Positions 16,698-25,386 of a DNA stretch of 64,000 nt are shown in pieces. This DNA comes from Opitutus sp. GAS368 (GTDB lineage: Bacteria > Verrucomicrobiota > Verrucomicrobiia > Opitutales > Opitutaceae): positions 2,644-66,643 of the forward strand of contig CALRZR010000009.1 of NCBI GenBank assembly GCA_943372705.1. Reading direction: 5' to 3'. Numbering within the stretch: position 1 is the first letter of the stretch; each line of letters begins with the position of its first letter. The notes under the pieces are model-generated. The model was not told the DNA's origin and made no database searches. It worked only from the letters and a program-made list of their open reading frames with translations. The position numbers and the translations under genes are program-made.

Positions 16698-18017
16698 ATG
16701 CACGACCCAGCTCTCTCGCGTCGGGATTTGTTGAAAGGGGCCGCGTCGGCTGCGGCGCTCTTGTCGTGGGCGCCGCGTTTGCGAGCGCAGGCTGAGTCGG
16801 TGCGCACGCCGCGGACGCTCGCGCCGGGGGAAAAACTCAATATCGCGTGCGTGGGCTGCGGGGGAAAGGGCGCGACGGATATTCAGGAGGTGAGCTCGGA
16901 AAACATCGTCGCGCTGTGTGATGTCGATTGGTCGCGCGCGAAACAAGTGACGCAGAAATTTCCCCAGGTGCCCAAGTTTCAGGACTACCGCGTGATGTTG
17001 CGGGAAATGGACGAGCGGATCGATGCGGTCACGGTGACGACGCCCGACCACATGCACTACCCGATCGCGAAAATGGCGATCGAGATGGGAAAACACGTTT
17101 ACGTGCAAAAGCCGCTCACGCACACGGTGTGGGAGGCGCGGCAACTCGCGGAGTTGGCGCGCAAGCACAAGGTCGCGACGCAAATGGGCAATCAAGGGCA
17201 GGCCGACGAAGGCGGGCGGGTGTTGTGCGAATATCTGGCCGCGGGGGCGATTGGACCGGTGCGCGAAGTGCACGTGTGGACGAATCGGCCGATCTGGCCG
17301 CAGGGCGTGGAGCGGCCGAAGGAAAAGCCGCCGGTGCCCGCGACGCTCAATTGGGATCTGTGGCTGGGCGTCGCGCCCGAGCGGCCCTACAGCCCGGTGT
17401 ATCATCCGTTCAAATGGCGCGGGTGGCGCGATTTCGGCACTGGCGCGCTGGGAGATATCGGGTGCCATTCGTTCGCGCCGATCGCGCGGGCGCTGCAGCT
17501 CGGTGCGCCGACAAGCGTGGAGGCGACGAGCAGCCCGGCGCCGAAGGAGACGTATCCCCTGGCCTCGATCGTGCGGTATGAATTTCCCGCGCGCGCGGGG
17601 ATGCCGCCGGTGAAACTCGTGTGGTATGACGGCGGGTTGAAACCCGCGCGTCCGGAAGGGTTGGAAGAGGAGCGCAGTCTCGGTGAGGGCGGGACGATCT
17701 ACATCGGCGACAAAGGGGTGATCTACAATGGTCGGCTGCTCCCGGAGTCCAAGATGCACGAATACCCGCAGCCGCCAAAGACGTTGGCCCGGTCGCCCGG
17801 GCACTACGTGGAGTGGCTGTTGGCGTGCAAAGGCGGTGTGCCGGCCGGGGCGAATTTCGATATTTCCGGACCGCAGGCGGAGACGGTGTTGCTCGGGAAT
17901 GTCGCGCTGCTTACGCAGAAACGGCTGCTGTGGGATGCCGCGAATCTGCGGATCACGAATGAGCCGGCGGCGAATGCGCTGTTGCGTCGCACGTATCGCG
18001 AGGGGTGGGGCGTGTAG
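16698..18017 (+). CDS. Gfo/Idh/MocA-family oxidoreductase with Tat signal
   Basis: 439-aa ORF. Leader MHDPALSRRDLLKGAASAAALL. Rossmann segment LNIACVGCGGKG. Family-typical EKPLTH-like VYVQKPLTH. Confidence 0.85.
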   Translation: MHDPALSRRDLLKGAASAAALLSWAPRLRAQAESVRTPRTLAPGEKLNIACVGCGGKGATDIQEVSSENIVALCDVDWSRAKQVTQKFPQVPKFQDYRVMLREMDERIDAVTVTTPDHMHYPIAKMAIEMGKHVYVQKPLTHTVWEARQLAELARKHKVATQMGNQGQADEGGRVLCEYLAAGAIGPVREVHVWTNRPIWPQGVERPKEKPPVPATLNWDLWLGVAPERPYSPVYHPFKWRGWRDFGTGALGDIGCHSFAPIARALQLGAPTSVEATSSPAPKETYPLASIVRYEFPARAGMPPVKLVWYDGGLKPARPEGLEEERSLGEGGTIYIGDKGVIYNGRLLPESKMHEYPQPPKTLARSPGHYVEWLLACKGGVPAGANFDISGPQAETVLLGNVALLTQKRLLWDAANLRITNEPAANALLRRTYREGWGV

Positions 18018-18045
18018 CCGTAGCGGAAGTGGGTGCGGACGTGGG

Positions 18046-18133
18046 TTTCGCCCTTTCAGGGCTCGGAGATTTTAGGGAAATGTTTCCCCGGGGCGGTGCC
18101 CCGGGCTATCGAATTTCGCCCCGTTGGGGCTCC
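18046..18133 (+). repeat. three-hairpin structured repeat, copy 2
   Basis: Three hairpins: gccct-ttc-agggc, then cccggggc-ggt-gccccggg, then gcccc-gtt-ggggc. Same order and spacing as the copy at 12486. Confidence 0.75.
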
Positions 18134-18264
18134 TCGCGAAAGGTGCGCACGGTTGAAGTGGACAGGGATTAAAAGTGTTCGGTTGGGAAGCGACGGCGGA
18201 CGTTGCGTGGGCGCGAGCGGGAGTGGACACCGGCGTGGACGGACGGACGTCGGTGGGCGTGGAC

Positions 18265-18290
18265 GGACGGCTGCGGAGAGCCGTCCCTAC
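18265..18290 (-). repeat. REP-like hairpin (GTAG-head type)
   Basis: Stem ggacggc/gccgtcc, 8-nt loop, tail ctac. The TAG stop of gene 18287..19594 lies inside the GTAG head. Confidence 0.6.
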
Positions 18291-19594
18291 CGGCTTTCGG
18301 TGAGGGCTTGCTCGAGGCGTTCGGCGATTTGGCCGTGGGTGATTTGCGGCGTGAGCCAGGTGTCGACGCGCGCGGTGAGGTCTGAACCTGCGGGCAGCAA
18401 GATCGCTTTGCCGGCGCGCGTGAAGGGCTCGGGCATCGTGCCGCTGAGAGCGGGCAGGCGGCGCGATTGCAGGCGGACCTCGATGCCGTCGGTGATCATC
18501 ACATCGGAGCGACCGGCGACGATTTCTTGGAAGATGGTGCGGTTATCGGGATGCAGCACAATCGTGGCGCGCTTGAGGTGTTCGCGAGCGAAGCGCTCGT
18601 TGGTGCCGCCGGGGTTGACGATGACGCGCACGCCGGGTTGATCGATTTTCTCGTGCGAGGAGAAGCGGGCGGCATCGGCGCGACGGGCGATCGGCGTTTT
18701 GCCGTCGAAGAGATACGCGGCGGAAAAATCGGCCCGTTGACGGCGTTCCGGAGTGATGCTGATGCCGGAGGCGGCGAGGTCGAAGCGGCGGGCGGCGAGG
18801 TCGGCCATGAGGGTGGGCCACGTGGTGCGCACGAAGACGGCACGCAGGCCCCAGGCCTTGGCGAGGGATTGCGCCAGATCGATGTCGAGGCCGCGGAGGG
18901 AGCCGCCGTGGTCGTCGGAAAAGGGCGCGTAGTCGCCGGTGGTGCCGATGCGGAGGACGCCGGCGCGTTGGAGCGTGGCCCACGTCGGGGCTGCGGTGAT
19001 ACGCAGCGCGCCGAGAGCTTGCGCGAGACTGGCGAGTTGGTCCGGTGTCACGCCGGTGTGGCGGAGCAGGTGGTCGAGGCGCGTGCGCAAGGTGGCGGCG
19101 GGAGTGGCGGCGAGCGCGGGTCCGGCCAAATAGACTGCGGGCAACAACTCGCGGCCGAGGGCATCGAGCTCGGGACGCAGCATGGTGATGAGATCGCGGG
19201 CGGCGGGCGGCTGCTCGGCGGGCGATTGCCAGCGGGCGAAGCGGTATTCTTGCACAGCCCGCGCCATCTGGATCTGCACGGAAAAGAACGCGCGCGCGGC
19301 GTCGTGATCGAGCTGCAGGGCGCGGGCATCGGCGACGGATTGTGCAAGCACGACGCGCTCGCGGGCGGGATCGGCGACCGGTTGTTGTTGCCGGAATTTC
19401 ACGGCGGCGACTTCCGGCATCAGGGCGAGGCGGCGATCGATTAGCGTGATGACACGGTCGACGAGTTCGGCTTCGTTGACGAACTGCGGCGCCGCGGAAA
19501 GGCGGACCGATAGCGCGAACAGTGCGAAGAACAGCCACGAGAGGCGGCGAGTTATTCGGAGCACAGTGGCGGGCGTGGGGCTGGTCATCGTCAT
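18287..19594 (-). CDS. periplasmic chorismate mutase (AroQ-type) fused to a cyclohexadienyl-dehydratase/solute-binding (SBP family 3, PheC-like) domain
   Basis: ATG at residue 28 of ORF 18287..19675. Signal peptide ...WLFFALFALSVRLSAAPQ. CM-like helices (LIDRRLALMPEVAAVKFRQQQPVADPARERVVL...FFSVQIQMARAVQ). SBP_bac_3-like C-terminus (LRIGTTGDYAPFSD...LRGLDIDLAQSLAKAWG...DLAASGISITPERR). Confidence 0.8.
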   Translation of the reverse strand: MTMTSPTPATVLRITRRLSWLFFALFALSVRLSAAPQFVNEAELVDRVITLIDRRLALMPEVAAVKFRQQQPVADPARERVVLAQSVADARALQLDHDAARAFFSVQIQMARAVQEYRFARWQSPAEQPPAARDLITMLRPELDALGRELLPAVYLAGPALAATPAATLRTRLDHLLRHTGVTPDQLASLAQALGALRITAAPTWATLQRAGVLRIGTTGDYAPFSDDHGGSLRGLDIDLAQSLAKAWGLRAVFVRTTWPTLMADLAARRFDLAASGISITPERRQRADFSAAYLFDGKTPIARRADAARFSSHEKIDQPGVRVIVNPGGTNERFAREHLKRATIVLHPDNRTIFQEIVAGRSDVMITDGIEVRLQSRRLPALSGTMPEPFTRAGKAILLPAGSDLTARVDTWLTPQITHGQIAERLEQALTESR

Positions 19595-19805
19595 CGGCCA
19601 AGAGCCATGCCCGCAACCCGTGGCCCTCGGCAAGCGGGGAGTCTGCGACCGTGGCTGTCGCGTATTTGGTGACACTCGAGTGCGGGTGCGTCGGGCGGGG
19701 GGCGAAACCCGGCGATTTCCCGTAGATTCAGGGGGCCGCGGAGGTCGGAACCCGTCGGGTCACAAATTCCGTTTCTTTTCTTCCGCGCGTCGCTTCGCTC
19801 GTGGG

Positions 19806-20696
19806 ATGTCATCCCCGAGATTTCTACTTTACCTTGCGTCGGCCTTGCTTGCTTCAGCGGCGTCGGCTCCTCCGGCGGACCGGGTCTTTGCCGCGGGCTC
19901 GGAGTGGGAAGTCGTCTCGACAGGGCACCGTTTCGCCGAAGGCATGGCGTGGGACGCCGACGGCCATTTCTATTTCACTGATGTGCCCGCCGGCCAGTTG
20001 TTCAAAATCGATCGCAATACTGGCAGCAAGACGCTGGTCGATGGCGCGACGGGGCGCGCCAACGGCATCGCGTTTGGTCCCGACGGGCGACTCTATGGCT
20101 GCGCGAGCGGCGACAACTGCATTTACGCGTGGGATCCGCAATCGTGGCAGAAGGTCAAGGTCACCGAGGGCACCGCGTCGAACGACATTGCGATTCTCCG
20201 CGATGGCACGATTTTCTATACGGAACCCGGCACGAAGCTGGTGTGGCGGCTCGCCGCCCGGACGTTTGCACGGGAGCTCGGTGTCACGTTGGCCTGGGCG
20301 CCGAATGGCATCGCGCTTTCGCCCGACGAGCAGACGTTGCTCGTGGCCGAGTTTAATGCCGACACGATTCACGGGTTTGCCCTCGGCGGCGATGGCAAGA
20401 TCACCGGGGTCGGCCGCGCCGCGTATAAACTGGGTGTGCCGTCAGATGGGATCGGACGGTTGGACGGCATGATGACGCTGCCGGACGGACGCCTGCTCAG
20501 CGGCACCGCGCTGGGCACCCAAATCGCTTCGGCGCTCACGGCCGGAGGCGGCGCGCCGCTCGTGGTCATTGCGTCGCCGCAGGGCCGGCCGCGCAATAAT
20601 TACGTCCGTATCAGCCCGGACCGGACGTGGATCTACACGGCCTACGCCGCGGACATTCTGCGCCGTCGGTTGCGGCCGGATTTCGAGAAACCGTAA
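19806..20696 (+). CDS. SMP-30/gluconolactonase/LRE-family beta-propeller protein, secreted
   Basis: ATG at residue 121 of ORF 19446..20696 (MSSPRFLLYLASALLASAASA). Motifs AEGMAWDADGHFYFTDV, NGIAFGPDGRLY, PNGIALSPDEQTLLVAE. Confidence 0.8.
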   Translation: MSSPRFLLYLASALLASAASAPPADRVFAAGSEWEVVSTGHRFAEGMAWDADGHFYFTDVPAGQLFKIDRNTGSKTLVDGATGRANGIAFGPDGRLYGCASGDNCIYAWDPQSWQKVKVTEGTASNDIAILRDGTIFYTEPGTKLVWRLAARTFARELGVTLAWAPNGIALSPDEQTLLVAEFNADTIHGFALGGDGKITGVGRAAYKLGVPSDGIGRLDGMMTLPDGRLLSGTALGTQIASALTAGGGAPLVVIASPQGRPRNNYVRISPDRTWIYTAYAADILRRRLRPDFEKP

Positions 20697-20822
20697 AGCG
20701 CGGGGCGGAACGATTTAGCTTTGCTGTCTGTGATGTCCGGCGGGGGATGTTCATGACGTGGGGAAATTCCAGGGTGTCTCGCCGTTTATTTTTTTGCTCC
20801 GCCAACGGGCCGGCCCGCGTCC

Positions 20823-22538
20823 TCAACGAGCCCCTTTGACCCTCGCTTGCAAGGCCTCGAAGCGTGTGCGCGCGGCCGCATCGGGCGCGAGGGTTAGGCC
20901 GAGCGTAATCAACCAGCGGGCGGTGTCGGTAAAGCCGTGGCGGACGTTGAGTTCGGCGGTGCGGTAGACGAGCTCGGTGTGACGGGGAAACGTGCGGACG
21001 CCCTCCTCCAGCACGGCAAGTTGGGCGGGCGTGGGCGCGTCGGCGCAGGCCGTCCAAACCTCGGCGATCAACGTGTAGACTTCGGCCAGCGGCGGAGCTT
21101 GCTCGCGCGCCGCCGCCAGGGGCGTGAACACCTCGTCGGCCTGCGCGAGCATGAGCGCGGGCGCGGCGCCGGTGCGGGGGACGCCCAGCGCGGCGAAGCG
21201 CAACCGCGCGAGCTCGAACCATGCCCGCGGTCGCAGGGCGGTGCGGCCCGCGGCGGCGGCTTCCAGGAACTCGCGTGCGGCGGTATCGTTGCCGGCGTCG
21301 ACTTCGCACAGGCCGAGCACCGCGAGCAACCGGGCGTCGCGACTGCCGGCGTCGTAGGCGCGTCGGAGCGTGTTACGCGCCTGCTCGAGGTATTTCGGCA
21401 CGAGTGCCGGGAAGTGAGTTTTCACGTAACCGATCTCAAGCCGCTCCCAGTCGCCCTTGATACGCGCGACGTCCACGTCGTTTGCCGGACGCAAACGGTA
21501 GTCCGGCAAACGCGGGCGTTGCGGTGGACGCAGCGCGAGTTTTTCACGCATGGCTTCCAAGAGATAGGCGGTGAGCTGCTGGTGCGCCGTCGCGAAATCG
21601 ACGCCGAAGCAGGCTTGAAAAAGCGCGTCCGTCACCGGCTCGACCGCGCCGCGCTCCACAAAGGTCACCAGCGCCGCCCGACGGGGCGCGCCGCGGCCGC
21701 CGAGCCCCCAGTGCACAAATAGGGCGGCCTGCGCCTGCCACAGCGACTGCACCTCTCCCGGCGCGGGGACATCCGCGGACGTGTTACCAGAGAAAAATTC
21801 CGCGAGCGGCAGCAACGGGTGGTTCGCTTCCGCGCCGGCTTTCAGCGCCGCGCTCCCCGCCGCCGCCGGCCAGTCCAACGGGTGGAACGTGAGCGCGTCC
21901 TGACTGAACTCGGCTCGCGCAAACAACGTGAGGACGCCACTCACAAACCACGGAGGCAACGCGGGCAGGCGGTTCCGCAGGACATAAGCGACGTAGTCGG
22001 GCGCGAGGGCGACGCGGTTGGCGTTGAACTCTTTTTCACTCACGACGGCGAACAGCGTCCCCGTGTCGCGATCCCACAGACGAAGATTCGGCAGGAACGT
22101 ATAGCGCGGCGGCGGCGGACGGCGGCGCAGGCGACCGTCGTCGAGGGGCTCGACGGGGTCGGCAAGGCGTTCCTGCTCGGCCGAGGTCAAGGCGAGTTGG
22201 GCGACGACTTCCTGAGAGGTCGGGGGCAGTTGCGCACTGTCGACGAACAGCAGGGTTTGCGGCGCGGTGGTTTTCAACTGGAGCGTGGGGGGCAACAGTT
22301 CGCCCAGCAGAACCTGCAGGCGGTGATGGTTTGCGAAGAGATCGCGCGTGAGCCGCTCCGAGCAGGACGACAACACCTCGCAGCCGGCGACCTCCGCGTA
22401 GCGCCACGGCAACGCTCGCGCCTTTTCCGCGACGAGGAAGGGCGGCAGCGCGACGACCTTGCCCTCGGCGGCTCCGGCCGCGAACGCGCCGAGCACGAGC
22501 CCGGCGGCAAGCAAAAGAAGGTGGCGGCATCGGCTCAT
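20823..22538 (-). CDS. secreted hypothetical protein with helical (TPR-like) C-terminal half
   Basis: 571-aa ORF with coding-like composition. Signal peptide MSRCRHLLLLAAGLVLGAFAAGAA. No motif that I recognise. Confidence 0.7.
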   Translation of the reverse strand: MSRCRHLLLLAAGLVLGAFAAGAAEGKVVALPPFLVAEKARALPWRYAEVAGCEVLSSCSERLTRDLFANHHRLQVLLGELLPPTLQLKTTAPQTLLFVDSAQLPPTSQEVVAQLALTSAEQERLADPVEPLDDGRLRRRPPPPRYTFLPNLRLWDRDTGTLFAVVSEKEFNANRVALAPDYVAYVLRNRLPALPPWFVSGVLTLFARAEFSQDALTFHPLDWPAAAGSAALKAGAEANHPLLPLAEFFSGNTSADVPAPGEVQSLWQAQAALFVHWGLGGRGAPRRAALVTFVERGAVEPVTDALFQACFGVDFATAHQQLTAYLLEAMREKLALRPPQRPRLPDYRLRPANDVDVARIKGDWERLEIGYVKTHFPALVPKYLEQARNTLRRAYDAGSRDARLLAVLGLCEVDAGNDTAAREFLEAAAAGRTALRPRAWFELARLRFAALGVPRTGAAPALMLAQADEVFTPLAAAREQAPPLAEVYTLIAEVWTACADAPTPAQLAVLEEGVRTFPRHTELVYRTAELNVRHGFTDTARWLITLGLTLAPDAAARTRFEALQARVKGAR

Positions 22539-22571
22539 GGCAGGAAAATCGGGGGCGAATTCAGGTGGGTT

Positions 22572-23093
22572 TCACTCCAGCGGCTTTGTGAGAAAAATCG
22601 CTTCGCCGGCGCCGGGTTGCAGGGCATAGCGCTGGAAGCCAGCGGACGTGTAAGTGCGGAGGGCGCGGTGGTTTTGGTCGAGGACTTCGAGGGTGAGTTT
22701 ACAACAGCCGAGTTCGCGCGCTTTGGCTTCGACCGCGGCGAGCAGCGCACGACCAAGGCCGCGGCCGCGGTGCGTCGGAACGATGGAGACGTCGTGGAGA
22801 TTCACGAGCGGCTTGGCGGCGAACGTGGAGAAACCCAGAAAACACACGGCTACGCCGACCGGGGCATCGCTGTCGTAGGCGAGAAAGACGAGCGTCGTGG
22901 GATGCTGGCGCAGCCCCGGGATCAGGCGCTCGCGTGCCTCGGCCGAGAGGGGTGCGCCGTCCCCCATGGGGTCGCGCGAGTAGGCGTCGACCATGGCCAG
23001 CACCGCCGCTTGGTGATCGGGTCGATCCAATTCGGCCGGCACGATGCGAATAGCGGAAGGCGCGGGAGGGGTCGTCATGGGGCGACGCAACAC
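22572..23093 (-). CDS. GNAT-family N-acetyltransferase
   Basis: 173-aa ORF. Acetyl-CoA-binding motif VPTHRGRGLGRALLAAVEAKARELGC. Confidence 0.85.
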   Translation of the reverse strand: MLRRPMTTPPAPSAIRIVPAELDRPDHQAAVLAMVDAYSRDPMGDGAPLSAEARERLIPGLRQHPTTLVFLAYDSDAPVGVAVCFLGFSTFAAKPLVNLHDVSIVPTHRGRGLGRALLAAVEAKARELGCCKLTLEVLDQNHRALRTYTSAGFQRYALQPGAGEAIFLTKPLE

Positions 23094-23189
23094 GGGGAGC
23101 CCGGGGGCGTCTATGTCGAACCGCGCGTTGGAGGTGCGGGCGGACGATCGGGCAGGCGAAGCCAGTGGCGTTGCGGCCGGGGCCGCTCG

Positions 23190-23810
23190 TTACGGCGTGC
23201 GCAGGAGGGCGCGGATGGGGGAGCCCTCGGCGCCGGCGATTTTTAAGGGGAGGGCGATGAGGTCGTAGACGCCGGGGGCGGCGGCGCGGAGATCGAGGTT
23301 TTCGAGGATGATGATGTTGACGGCGTCGAGGCGGTGGTGGATCTGCATCGTCGGGTCGTCGATTTGATCGACGGACGGGAGATCCAGGCCGATGAGTCTT
23401 ACGCCCTGTTCGCCGAGCCACGCGGGGACGTCGGGGGCGAGCGTGGGGATGCGCGCGGGGAAGGTGGTTTTGTCGTCGCAGTGATTGGTGCGGATGAGCA
23501 CGCGCGGGGTCGCGCGGCCATCGAGGCCGGCGAAGTGGGCACGGGTGAGGATCATCGTGTCTTGGGCGAGGAAGACGCGGGCGGGGCCGATGAGGATATC
23601 GAGATCGAGCTGGTCGATGGAGAGGCCGGCGTCGTTGTAGTGGAGCGGGGCATCCATGTGCGTGCCGCTGTGGATGCCACTAATGAATTTGCCGACGTTG
23701 GCCGAGGCGCCGGTGCGGATGCGGCAGACGAACTCGAAGTGGAACTGGGTGTCACCGGGCCAGGGCGCGGTGGCGGAGGAGAGCGGGTGGGTGATGTCGA
23801 GGAGGGGCAT
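23190..23810 (-). CDS. kynB: cyclase-family arylformamidase (kynurenine formamidase)
   Basis: 206-aa ORF. Cyclase-family metal motif HSGTHMDAPLH. N-terminus MPLLDITHPL...WPGD. Adjacent to the kynureninase gene. Confidence 0.75.
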   Translation of the reverse strand: MPLLDITHPLSSATAPWPGDTQFHFEFVCRIRTGASANVGKFISGIHSGTHMDAPLHYNDAGLSIDQLDLDILIGPARVFLAQDTMILTRAHFAGLDGRATPRVLIRTNHCDDKTTFPARIPTLAPDVPAWLGEQGVRLIGLDLPSVDQIDDPTMQIHHRLDAVNIIILENLDLRAAAPGVYDLIALPLKIAGAEGSPIRALLRTP

Positions 23811-23861
23811 GGAGAAAAGTTGAGAGCTGAGAGCCCTGATCCGTGGGGGCGAACGTGTGGA

Positions 23862-25232
23862 TCAAGGCACGAGGGCGGGGGCTGAGGGGAAGGATTCGTG
23901 GGCGCGGGTGACGACGAGGTGTTTCAGACGGGCGATGGCCTCGGTGCAATCGGCAAAGGTGGTGTAGAGCGGGGAGGGGGCGAGGCGGATGAGATCGGGG
24001 GCGCGGAAATCGGGGACGACTCCGGCGGCGCGGAGGGCCTGGCAGAGGCGCCAGGCGTCGGGATGAGCGAGGGCGAGGTGGCCGCCGCGGGCGGGGGCGC
24101 CGCGGGGCGTAGCGACGGTGAAGCCGAGCGGCGTAAGGTCGGCATCGATACGGGTGAGGAGGTGGTCTGTGAGCGCGAGGGATTTCGCGCGGAGGGCGCG
24201 GATGCCGCCGGCTGCGGCGATGAGTTCGAGCGAGCCGAGGAGCGGGGCGAGCGACAGCAGGTGCGGCGTGCCAATGTGCAGGCCGGCGGCGCCGGAGGCG
24301 GGTTCGTGCTTTGGCGACATGGCGAAACGGCAGTCGGCGCGGACACCCCACCAACCGGCGAGACCGGGGGCACGCGCGTGGTGGCGGCGGTGGAGAAACA
24401 GGCCGCCGACGGCGCCGGGTCCGGCGTTGAGCCATTTGTAATGGCACCAGAAGGCGAAGTCGGGGCCGTCGTCGCCGCCGAGGGTGTGGGGCACGGCGCC
24501 GATGCTATGGGAGAGATCCCAGCCGATGAGGAGACCGAGGGCGCGGGCTTTGCGCGTGAGGGTGGCGACGTCGAGGAGTTGGCCGCTCGTGAAGACGACG
24601 GAAGGGAGGACGACGAGTTGGACGTCGGGCGCAGCGAAGGCGGCGAGGAGATCGTCGAGGCGGAGCACGTGGCCGTCGCGCGAGGGGACGAGCCGGAGGT
24701 GTTGGGAGGGATCGAGGCCGCGGAGGCGGAGGTGGGACTGGAGCGCGTAGGAATCGGAGGCGAAGTTGAGGGCGTCGCCGAGGATGACGGTGCGCTTCGG
24801 CGGCGGAGGCGCGAGGCGCGCGTGCGTGGGCGCAAGGGCGGGCGTGAAGCGCGCGTCGCCGGAGAAGTGCGGGCCGGTGGGCGAGTAGAGGGTGGCGAGG
24901 AGTTGGTGGAGATTCGCGGTGGTCTGCGCAGTGAGGCAGAGTTCGTCGGGAGAGGCGCCGAGGAGCGGGGCGAGTTTTTCGGCGATGGTCTCGGGGAGCG
25001 TGAGCCATGGCGGCGAGGCGGCGGTCCAGCCATCGATGCCGAGGGTGCGCCATTCTTCGACAACGCGGGTGAGGTGCGCCTCGGCGCGGCGGGAGAGGAG
25101 TCCGAGGGAGTTGCCGTCGAGGTAGATCTTTCCGGGCGGCAGGAAAAATTCAGCGCGGAAGCGCGCGAGCGGATCGGCGGCGTCAAGGGCGGCGGCGCTG
25201 GCGCAGGCGAAGCGGGCGGGTTCGGCAGACAT
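23862..25232 (-). CDS. kynU: kynureninase (PLP-dependent, aminotransferase class V fold)
   Basis: 456-aa ORF. N-terminal pattern FFLPPGKIYLDGNSLGLLSRRAE. The later segment FAFWCHYKWLNAGPGAVGGLF carries the PLP-lysine context (YKWLN). Confidence 0.8.
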   Translation of the reverse strand: MSAEPARFACASAAALDAADPLARFRAEFFLPPGKIYLDGNSLGLLSRRAEAHLTRVVEEWRTLGIDGWTAASPPWLTLPETIAEKLAPLLGASPDELCLTAQTTANLHQLLATLYSPTGPHFSGDARFTPALAPTHARLAPPPPKRTVILGDALNFASDSYALQSHLRLRGLDPSQHLRLVPSRDGHVLRLDDLLAAFAAPDVQLVVLPSVVFTSGQLLDVATLTRKARALGLLIGWDLSHSIGAVPHTLGGDDGPDFAFWCHYKWLNAGPGAVGGLFLHRRHHARAPGLAGWWGVRADCRFAMSPKHEPASGAAGLHIGTPHLLSLAPLLGSLELIAAAGGIRALRAKSLALTDHLLTRIDADLTPLGFTVATPRGAPARGGHLALAHPDAWRLCQALRAAGVVPDFRAPDLIRLAPSPLYTTFADCTEAIARLKHLVVTRAHESFPSAPALVP

Positions 25233-25386
25233 CGGCGACGACGGTCGCGCAAGGGCGGCGGGGAGCGCAAAGGAGAAAACGAAAAACGGGCGATTGTGAC
25301 GAACGGGTCACGGACGCGTGATAATTCCGCGTCGGGTTGAACGCTCGATTGACGCGCGTTTGCGCAAGTCGGCACGTTCGCCGCCC

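Noticed and set aside
23898-25375. 480-aa (+) and 483-aa (-) ORFs overlapping kynU
   Set aside because: Gly/Glu/Ala-rich and Ser/Pro/Ala-rich low-complexity translations. The 456-aa - strand frame has kynureninase-like sequence throughout.
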